Positions 53,401 to 64,000 of a DNA stretch of 64,000 bases are shown here, in pieces. Origin of the DNA: Trichosphaerium sp. ATCC 40318 (lineage: Eukaryota; Protista; Tubulinea); the NCBI GenBank assembly GCA_038496445.1, contig JALMLS010000009.1, positions 62,001 to 126,000 on the forward strand. Direction: 5' to 3'. Position 1 is the first letter of the stretch. The number at the start of each line of letters is the position of its first letter. Made by a program: the position numbers and the translations under genes. Under the pieces are notes generated by a model, which did not search any database, had not been told where the DNA came from, and saw nothing but the letters and a program-made list of their open reading frames with translations.

Positions 53401-56400
53401 TTCTTGTTTTGAGTGGTGTTGTCTCTTCTTCAACTTTTTCTTTATCGTATTCATACTCTAGTTCAGCCTCCTAGGAAAGGAACCGATTAAAAAAAGTGAC
53501 ATAGATATAAACGAAAACCATACTCTCGATAGAAGGGAAGATTTCCGATTAAGTACATAGGTGCACCGATCACTTGACTTAACATTTGAATCAATGAGTT
53601 TGCAAATAACTTGACGACGACTTCTTAAGTCTTCTATGCTCAATGATTGTTTGTAGTTATCCACAAAGAATTTAGCAATTTCGTGATCGACTAGGAATGA
53701 ATTAGAATCAACGAATGGTAATTGTAGTTATTTGTACCTCCATCCATTGGAATTGTTTTAATGTCAGGATGTGTAATTTTAGCCAAGTCAATGTATTCAC
53801 CATACAGGCCTATTAACGATGCTTTGAAGTTCTCGTCAATATTTCTGCGATCATCTACTTCTACTACAACGCTAATATCACGATTCCAAAGCTCTGAGTG
53901 ATATCCACAAGCAACAAGATGTTCACTAAGAATAAAATAAGAATCGAAAAAAATAAAAAAAGCTCACCGAAGTTCTTTGTTTTGAGGGAGATTGGAAACA
54001 TGTTTATCGATGTGCGTCTTTCTAGCGTTAAGCTTCTCTTCTTGGGTCTTATGGCTTGATACATCAAGTTCAAAAAACTCATTGAGTGTATCAATTATAG
54101 AAGCAGCAACATGTGCATATTTTTTATCTCCAGCTTTTGAACGCTCTACTCTTCTACTGAGACTTGTGAGTATTTTTGTTATTTCTTTATTCTAGACAAA
54201 ACTAATTAGCACGTGATAAATGCATCTATGATGAAACTAGAAAGAAGTAAAACCTTTAGAATTTCTTCGGGAAACTTGTTGTTAAATATCGCAATCAATT
54301 CTTCTGGAGTCTTTTCTTTGTGTTTTTCAAGCTCTGCTGGGAATAAATTTTTATACAACACAATTCTTGATAGCTTCTCTCTCATATCAGCAGCAACTAA
54401 TCATATAAAAATCAATGGTAATTCTTATTTGTTAAGTCAGTTTCAGTGTGAACTTACCAGTCTTTTTGAAAGTTTTTGATTTGATTTCATTCTCAAGCAC
54501 TCCAAGTTGATATCTTGTCAATTTGGTAACGCATTCATTCTTGGTACTTATTAATTGGAATGCCATGTTAATGATTTCTGTTAACTCATTAAATTGGTTC
54601 ATAGTAAGCCCACTACAAACAACAAATTAACAAAACACCAAAAGCTTAGTACGAAACCTACCTGTCTTCTTCTTTTTTCTTAGGACCAGCGAAAAGGTAC
54701 TTTCTAAGGCCAGAGAATAGTTTATTGTTCAATTGGGGCTTACATATCCTACACGTGCTCTTAATATGATCACGCTGCCCGCCTGCAACAAGCATTCGGA
54801 ATGTAGCAGCAACCTAAAAATGCAGTTGAAAAACCAAAATATTGTTAGAACGAAGCTTACCTGTTCTTTAGAAACAAAATCAAACTGTTGAGCGTATTTA
54901 TACGCTGCATGTAGTACTACTATCAAACTATAGTCTCGCCTGTTTTCTAGTTTAACTGACATATGCCATAGCATTTTGCTGATCTAATAAGCGTTAGAGA
55001 TATTTTTTAGTAACAACGTGCTTTTGGGAGTTCTTCACTGCCATATAATTTAAGTACAAGCTCTATTCCATCTTGTAGAAGCACTGATATACTATGTCCG
55101 CGTGTGTACACCTTTTTAAGTATAGATATTATATCCTTGAGAAGTGTCAAGACATCTAAAAAGAAGGTCAGGTTTCACGTGATGTATTTTTTCGTAGAAT
55201 ACCTTTTTCTTCTGAAATGTTTGTGGCTTTTTCTTTTATACTGTTCGAGATTGTTGGTAGACTGAATATCATAAACTTGTAACTATTCATTCCTCTGTAA
55301 ATTGTTTTTAAACCAAGATCAAGGGCTTCTTGTACAACGTCATCATTACTGCAATCTTTTCCAAAAACCTGTCCAAACACTACAGCAAGATGTTTCTTAA
55401 AATACATGATGAACTCATCTGGAGTCATTTTCCTTCTTGCCAGAGATGCTCCAATATCCTGAGCAAATAATCAGATAACATTAACAATACCAGGTGTTGA
55501 CTAACAGTTCAAATGGCTAAAAACTAAAAACAAGATAATTGTACCATCACAACTCTTATCCTATCAGGATTTCTTGTACACCCTGTACTTTCTAAAAAGT
55601 ATTCTAAAGCCCCAAAACCATCTTTAGAAATCTTATCAGGTTTTCTAGAGCATAACGATGCTCTAAAGAACTTGATACAAGCCTTTGCAACTTTTTCTAA
55701 GAAAAAATAAATTCAAACAAAATAGAGAATAAATCTATTCAGTACCTTTGTCTTCGTCTTGTATGCGGTTTGTAATACGTAGTATATTTGGTATAATATG
55801 TTCATGTACAAGCGAAAGGTTAATGTTATGCTGTATCGAAAGAGAAAGAATATCAATGAATTGAAGCAAGCTGAATAACTTGATATCTGGTACAGCATCT
55901 TTCAATTGATTAACAAGTTCCTCAACGCTATCATATAGCTAATGAATAGTTATTGCTACTGTAACTAACACATGGTATAACATACATTCATTGCATCGTC
56001 ATTGCTCATCCCAACAGCCAGTGCTGTATACAATAGCATAATCCGACGTTGCTGAAGTGAAACGGTACCTTCTAAATATGGGTGAGCGTTCTATAACCTC
56101 TGTGGTGATAAAACGAACCTGTTGAAGAGACTTTGAATAATTTATCAGCCGATGAAGATATGAAGGCTTCTCTATTCAGAAAATTAGTCAAGAGCGGTTT
56201 GAAAAACGAATTTCAAAAAAAAATTTAGATATTGATAGTAATATTGTACCCATTCAATACCACACTGATGTTGAAAACATCTAATAGGTTTGATACAACA
56301 ACATAAGGTATAGTATATTTCTTGTATTGTTCAATAAATAGATCGACAAGCTCTTCAGGCAAAGTACGCAGTTTTCCTACACCAATGAATTTACACTAGT

Positions 56401-57180
56401 AAAATAACGTGATAGTAGACACGTGTCAAGTTTCTTACCAGCAATAAGTAGTATCTCGTCGTTGTTAGAAGTTAGACTATCTATTAATATTCTCGCTGTT
56501 TCGCACGTTTCTAAGTATGTCCAAGATCGTTGTTCATGTTCTACAAAGCAAAAAAAAAATGAGAAAAAAGAATGGTTGACTTTTTTTACCTTCAGCATCT
56601 CCTATCATGTGACAAAGATCGAGCTTCGATAAATCATCAAGTAAGTCGTTTTTCTCTACGACAGACTGAACGACAGGAAGGACTTCCGAAATGATGAAAG
56701 GCATGAGATGACGAATAACTTTGCTATCAGCTTTGTAAAGATCTTTGAAACAAAGCGTTAGATAGATTTATAAACTTTTACGAGAAACACAATTGGTTTC
56801 GGCTAACCTGTCAAACAACTAGAAACTATGAGAAGAACTGATTCATCAACGTCTTGCGTATTCTGAGACAACAGGGAACTAAATAACAAAAACAATTCTT
56901 TAAGCGCATTTGGGCGATTGTCGAGCTACTTTTACGTTAAATAGACGCGTGTGAAGTGTCTTACTTGGTCCCTAATATTGGATACGGTTACATTGATTGT
57001 TTGGACTTTGCCGTCTATCTCTTTGCCTTTTTTATACGCTGTGCATCCCAAAGACACTAATTGCAGACTTTCATCTATTTTTAAAACGGTTTTACGTTGT
57101 TTTAAGTCTTGGACAGCCTCAGCAAAGTCATGGTACAGTAACAACACTGGAGTTGGCTTCCAGGCGGGTTTAGCTGTCAT
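50430..57180 (-). CDS. Large multi-exon hypothetical protein with C-terminal GNAT-like motif
   Basis: No gene boundary was found in the traced parts. YEIVTAWVHPQYRGLRL resembles GNAT motif A. This could be more than one gene. Confidence 0.5.
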
Positions 57181-57688
57181 TTTTGATCAATAAACTTAAC
57201 CATGTTGCTAAGTAGCGTATTGATCATCGCATTGTCCTGGGTGGGTCACTTTGTTACATAGTGATTTGAATGATGAGCCAGAGTGCAACGCCCATCCTGA
57301 GGAGTGTAAACAACGAAGACTGTCAAAGTTTTGCAAGCACAACTGAGTACAAAAACTAAACTACAAACGCCGTGCTTTGTATGTTAATTGATTTACGCAT
57401 CGAAAAGCATGTCGAAGATAAAACAAATACTCAATTGTGGTTTTCTTCTGTACAAGTTAATTTATTGTACGACTTTGGTGTTAACGACATCACGTGATAG
57501 TATTTCAAAAATGCAGGACCCTTTAAGCCTAATGACTAGTCTGTCGGCATTGTAGCGTTGCATGAGAATATCTTAAGGGCATCAATAAATCAACATAGTA
57601 CCAACTGAACTCAGTCTTCGACTATCTTCGTTTCAATTAGATGACTTAAGATTGTTTTGACTAGGTGCATGAAAGTTAAACCGAAATA

Positions 57689-58588
57689 ATGTCTGCTATA
57701 TTGAGAGCACAAGGAGCTGTAGTTTTAGCGAATTTCACAGTGCTTGGCCTCTTTGGTGCGCCACTAAACGCCGCTAAAAGAATACAGCAGCTCGCATACG
57801 GTCCTTTAGAGCCATTACAATCTGTCTTTTTTACACACGGCGCGATTGGATTTTACACGGCAATATATCCGTCATTAATAAGCTCTATCCCTGTCGTACG
57901 CGCGAAATACACGTATATTTGAGTTATCTTTAATTATTGCGTTGACACTTACTTTAACGAAAAAATTAGGTTGCTTTACGAACAACAGCACTCCATTACG
58001 CCATAAAATATAAGGTATCGCCAAATAAAACGCTCACGAGCTTCCTTACTTGTGCGTATTTTTTAAAAAAAGTGTAACTTCGCACGCCGTTAATTTTGCT
58101 TAGCCGTAGCGTCTTCCGTGGCAGCTGTGCCTGCGTTCTGTTTACAAACAAGATTAATAGAAAACTTACTCGCGCCTGACGCGTCATTCACATCAGAAAC
58201 AGGTCTCTACCACAATCTATTCAACGGCTACATACCGCTGGTGTTAAAATATTGGCTTCATAATGTCATTCAGTATCAAGTTTTTGAGGTAGTAAGGAAA
58301 GCATTCAAGCCAGGAGAGACCGGAACATACGTGACAGCATTCTTGTCATCTATTGTAGCATGTGTGGTAACTCTACCTTTTGAAACGATAGCGGCACACA
58401 TGTGTTCTTTTGCTGGACGTCATTATGGTCCTTTGTCTTTAGTATCATGTGTAAATGACATTTATGAAAAAAGTGGAATCTGGGGCTTTTTTGCTGGATT
58501 TGTACCGGAGCTTTTATATGTTGGGTTTAATACACTATCACACTTTGAATTATACATGATGTACAAGAAACTTCTCGACAAGAAATGA
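57689..58588 (+). CDS. Divergent mitochondrial carrier (SLC25)
   Basis: Three-fold repeat with degenerate PxD/ExxK/R motifs (APLNAAK, VPAFCLQTR, LPFETIAAH) and GIWGFFAGFVP. Confidence 0.75.
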
Positions 58589-61083
58589 TTGCATTCCGGA
58601 GAGACAGAAACCAAAAAAAGTGACAAACAGTTCTTTGTGTTTTTTATTTCACTAAATGTAAATAAACGAAAACCCTCTATATTCTTATCCAAACGTATTA
58701 AGTTTATTCCAATGTGTTGCCGTTAATGTTGGTAACAATAATCCCTCTTTAAAAACGCTATAAGACGTATGTTTTGGTCCGTTGAAATACGATATTCTAA
58801 CAACAGTGTTTAGTTTTATCAAGCAGTACACTGTTCGTTTTTGATGAGCTAAAATTACCTACAGCCTTGTTGTTACAAACAATAGCGAGAGGACATAGTG
58901 AGTAAAGCTCCGAACCTGTTTGATGAGGGGTTCGAACACGAATGTAACACGTGCGTATCGATACAGTGGAGCTGCTTGCCAATATGTAGGAAGATCTGAA
59001 AACAATGTATAACTCCACGTGCTTCTCAGCGCAATAAATTACTTTGTGGCCGTCTCACACTTTCGGAAGTTCCGCGGGCGCAATATATCCTCCGTACTAT
59101 TGACACTCAATACTTTTAGGTTGTAGAGCTATAGAAGATGGAGTGTTGTGAAGAATTAAAGTTGCTAGTGACACAAATTCCTACGCACGCTATCGAGAAA
59201 CATGCAAAGTACACGTGATCATCACAGTGCTTGTAATGCAAGACTATGAAAAACCACAAACGTACGTTCTACATTTCACACAGTAGTTCTTAGTTTACAC
59301 AAAGGAAGAATACCTGGTAATAATTCATTTAGAAAAACCAGTCCCTTGTATGCAAGATCAGTCAATGGTGCCTTCTAAAATCGTTCTACAAGTACCAAGC
59401 GAAGCTAGTGAACAACAAACAGCACGCCAAAGCGGCGTGTAACCTTTAAGAAAGTTCAAAAGTTGCTTCAATATGGAATTCTTTGCTTGCCAACAGAATT
59501 CTAGCCTTTTTGGTAACAGCAAAGTAATTCTACCGAAAAGGCTTTCCATGTAGCAACGTATTACTAATGAGATATAGCTCAGGGTAATTACGCAGTACTG
59601 GACAACGCTTTGGCAGTGTTTGAAGTACGACAATAAGGTTGACTTAATTATTTTATTCGTAAAGATTTTCTAAAGTCTCCATACCAATGTCGCAAGCAGT
59701 TGTTAATGTAATAGCGTTTAGAAACCTAGCACTACATAACAAAATAACGTAGACTATATTGGATACCCTTAGAGTAAAGCAAAAGGAGGTAAGACAAGTA
59801 TATTGCTTTTGAAATTGATTAATCAGTGATATAGAAAAAACGGGATTAAAATGATGTATATGATGATGTCAGCAGTTTACAACGCCAGTAGTTTGCCGTT
59901 TTTTAATTAAGAAGTTACTACAAGCTATCATTTTAGATTGTGATTGCTATACTTAGCGAACAATGACGAGCTGAAACAATTAATCATTATTCCGTTGGTT
60001 GTTTGAGATTAGAATGTTTTGTAATGAGAAATTCTTATAATTGTGCCGAAACGCTACAGAATATGATCGTACGTGGTTTTTGAAGATACAATGACAATAT
60101 CCTTTTATCAATTCCCATTCTACCCCAAAACGCCTTTTATGAAAAAATCTTAGCAATTTGGCACATTTTTTTTTTTGTTGTTTCAAAAAACAATTCGACG
60201 CCAATAGTAATTATGAAAAAGCTCATCCTATTTATAAAACAATGTCATTTCATTTTTTGTCATTTGACACCAAAAATACCAAAAAGCACAGTGATGAAAT
60301 TTTGCCCATTCGGGCTTGTACCTGCGATTAAACGTATACTAGGGGCACTCAATGGAGACATTACCGACCCCACCTGCTGATCGGAAGGCAAGCATTGAAT
60401 AAAACACAGTAGGAATACGTGCTAGTGGTTTCCGGCGCGTCGGGGGGTAAATTAGGAGTTTGACGGACCTCTATTGTTGTCTGGTGTGTTTGAAAAGAAA
60501 TTCACCTCCATTGGGGTTTTCACTAGTCGAGTAATACTCAACGAAGTGCTATAATCAGTACTAAGGGATCCAAATGTCGATAAAACGGCATGGGAGCCTT
60601 TCACTTTCTGATTATTATAACAAGCACTCAACAAGAAGAAATTCCGCCGTCAGTAGCCTATTGACACATTGTTAGAGAATAACGAACAAAAATTCTCACT
60701 TGTGATTAAACATGACTGGCATGTCACGTGGATAAACAACATCACCAATATATGACTACATAGTGAGACTAACTACAAAAACAAAACATGATTGTGCATT
60801 GTTATTATAACTTGCGCAATCACATTGTACTAGACAATTTATAGTAAACGTAGCATCCTACACAACGCACCTTCTCTTACGTACGTCATAAAACTATCTA
60901 ATAGAGACATTGGAATAACTCCATAACGCTATTACCCAAACTATTTATCTTGTTTAAACAACTAAAAATTAAAACAAAAAAAAAAACTCAAAGTAATTTC
61001 AAACGTGCTTGTTACCTATCATTCCTACGTGGTACTAACTCTTTGTTTATAGCTGACACTTATTACGTATAACTTTAAAAACC

Positions 61084-61635
61084 ATGCAGAACTCTCCAGC
61101 ATTTCAAGAGTGTTGTACGTAGTCCCCCTCCGCTATCCTAAAATTTAGATTCTTGGTGCAGCATTTGCGCCTTTTGGACTTGCCTAATTTTTCCTTCCCT
61201 TTTGTCATTTTTTTTTTTATTTCGTTTTTGTTCATTCAAAAACTAACTCAATATTTCCTTCACTACTACACAACAAACTCCACACTCAATTTTTTAAACA
61301 CAAATAATATTAATTTACTGCTAGGTTCTCAGTTTGCTCTCAAACATGCAAAGTACGCCGAGAATGCTAATCATAATGTAAGGCGTATTGTTGAGAATTA
61401 TATGCGTCGAGACAACCATACATACCAACTAGACCAGGGATTCCGTTGTCCTAGTTCAAGCCGCTACTACAAAGCCTCCGCAAACCTTGATATTTGGGTA
61501 TTCCCACCGACTGAGAGAACGTTAAAGCCCCTTCAGCGCTCTCCTCACGTAAGCAATAATAATGCTTCAGCAGCTAGAGAAAACGCTTCTCAAATCCATA
61601 GACACTCTGCGCTCGGAAACTACCGTGTTATATAG
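61084..61635 (+). CDS. Small hypothetical protein (1 intron)
   Basis: ATG 61084, a GTACGT donor and an in-frame second exon ending at TAG 61635. Confidence 0.4.
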
Positions 61636-61912
61636 AATAATGTTAAAACCAAAATAAAACACTACAACGTTTCATCACAAAGTTAGTAATTTTGTGCCAC
61701 AAAACGAGTAGAATAATAAAATTTGTTGTGATACCCTCCTGAAGAACTGAGTGTGGTAAATTGGTACATTTTCAGAACATCAAGGCTTCCGTTAAGTGAC
61801 TTGTTACCAAAAACAATTTAAGTCTGTACAGACCACAGCCAAACCATGAACCGCTGTGTGTAAGCCTATTACTAGACGACATACAGCGGCAAACCGCGTA
61901 AAGTAACTCAAA

Positions 61913-64000
61913 ATGACTTCTATGTTCCAAGGGTTGAACATACAAAGTATGGTCGGTAGCGTGTTGGGCAGCTACATGACCACGTACGTGAAGGATTTTA
62001 GCGCCGATAAGTTTAAAGATTGGTCGTTACACGATCTTGGTACTTTAAATTGCTTTTTATTCTTCTCTTACGCGGTTAGAATTCAAGGAGCATATTGTTC
62101 AAGAGCTAGTAGGTTTTCCTCCTAATCTTCAAGTTAAAAAAGCAGTATGTAGTAAATTAGAAGCAGAGGTGCGTCACATAGCAAAAATATACGAGCGGCG
62201 AGTGTCAAACTCTTGTTCGAGCTAATTACATTTTGTACTTGCGAGTACAAAGCCCTAAAACCGTCATTTTGCGACCAAACCGCTTGTCAAGTGGAAAACT
62301 ACGCTGCTTTTTTTTTTCCTAACAAATGGCGTAGATTCCATGGTCGCAACTAGGCGCACAGCCTATAGTGCTCAGAGCGCATTCTATCTATATAGAGCTA
62401 GAAGAACCAGAAATACTCAAACCAGTTGGTCGCACGCTCGCAAAAAAGTACTAGACGCTCAGAAAATGTGTAAAAAAATATATACTAAACGATGTAACGC
62501 AGGACAATTCAAAGGCGTCAAAATCAAGGCTTTATGGATCGAGTTGTTGATAATATAAAATTTGAAGTGGACGAGTTAAAGATCAAACTCACGCCTAGAG
62601 GAACCAAGCACAATAAAAATCCTCCATGGTTATTCGTGGGGATTAAGGGTATCTCTATGTACTCAACAAACAACAAATGGGAGGCACGTAGGCCCATTTC
62701 AAGAAATGTCACTTCACGTGGTTTAATTTTTTTTACTTTCAAAAAAGTTTATAGTCTGTAGGTTGTTGATTTGCGCCAAGTTCATAAAGTTACAGATAAC
62801 AAGGAAGTTCTATTATACAAGGAAATAAAGATAGGCGCTGTCACTTTCAATCTTGTCAGTAAAGACGACAAAACAGTAAAAGTACTTGAAAATGTCGAAG
62901 GTACGTTTTTTTTTATTTTACGATTAAATGCTTGTCTAACCGCTTCCTATTAGCACGTGTACGCGTCAAAGCCAAGAAAGAATTTTTTGGAGGTCCTACA
63001 AGGCATTTTCACTTAAATTTGGATCTGAACTCTTGGAAAACAACAATGGACAAGGATTCCTTTGTATCATTCCAGGTAACATAATAAGCATGTCCTACAT
63101 GCCAGAGATACCTACTGTAATGTGTGAACTTGTTCTAAACGTTGGATAGGATGCTATTGATGCATTGATGCAATGTATGTACCGACAATTGCCAAAGAAG
63201 AAAAAAGCCAAACCTAAAGAAGTTGACACAAAAACGGAGCAAGAAGTTCTTCCTGAAACACCTGACAAGTGTGATGAGGAAAGTGTAGAAAATGGTGAAG
63301 ATCAAACTACAGAAGAACAAACTGCGGAAGAGACAACTACAGAACCAATTGAAAAAGTGGAAGAGCCACCTGCTGAGGCAAAACCTGCTGAACCAGCACA
63401 GCCAACCTTCTGGGGCTCATTTTATAAATCATTAAACTCTTATAATCCATACGGCTGGCAAACTACTCCTGAACCGGAAAAAGAACCTGAACCAGAACCA
63501 GAGCATGAAGGTGAGCCTGAGGAAGACTCAGGTGAGGATGAATCTGGAAGTGGCGAAGAATCAATGGAGCAAGTGGCACGTATAGCGCTACTGTGTCATA
63601 TTTTTTTAATTTGCTACGCTTTAGGCTCCTGTACCAGATGAGTCTAAGGGTGAGGTTATATCAGAAGATGAGGATATTAACTACTCCGCATACAACATTT
63701 ATATTAGCGATGGTTCCATAGATTTATATGAGCTCCCAGGCAACACTAAAGGGGTAGCTACTTTTTCTTTTGTAGATTTTAGAACAAGGTTTATTCCTCA
63801 AATGGTTGTCACAACAGACAATGATCAAGTTATAAATCGCTCTGAAACGAGCCTTATGATTAAAGAGTACTCCTTGGTTACTCTAGATCCAGCGAGTGAT
63901 ACACACCCTGATTACTTGCGCCTCATTGAATACAAGGACCAGGAAGAAAACGTGCGTTATTTGTGGCTCTTATAAACTTACGTTGCTTACTGTTTTATTC
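61913..64000 (+). CDS. Chorein_N / BLTP3 (UHRF1BP1)-like lipid transfer protein, 5' part
   Basis: LGSYMTTYVKDFS, IPWSQL...PIV, DRVVDNIKFEVDEL and YSTNNKWEVVDL...LLYKEI. The gene runs off the window end. Confidence 0.7.

Overview
Compact, AT-rich, intron-dense eukaryotic nuclear DNA, probably from an amoeboid protist (inferred from gene content and short 35-100 nt introns). It uses the standard genetic code. About 30 spliced genes were traced by hand, and the ORF track mostly shows exon fragments. Recognisable genes are a C2-domain protein, a GT10 fucosyltransferase with a LamG-like tail, three protein kinases, an MRH sorting receptor, a papain-family cathepsin, RAD51C, an aquaglyceroporin, an LRR-dual-specificity phosphatase, an ABHD17-like hydrolase, a TPR protein, an eIF4E, an SLC25 carrier and a BLTP3-like lipid transfer protein. 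The most unusual signals are: (1) roughly ten-fold excess of the palindrome CACGTG; (2) about 10 candidate GC-AG introns, mostly with GCACGT donors; (3) a Tpt1/KptA RNA-binding lobe fused to LRRs in place of the NAD+ lobe; (4) a tail-anchored eIF4E; (5) an ARF-like pseudo-GTPase; (6) three nearly intronless F-box plus repeat genes of a type common in giant viruses. No tRNA, rRNA, CRISPR array or transposase was recognised. All gene models are manual and lack RNA support.
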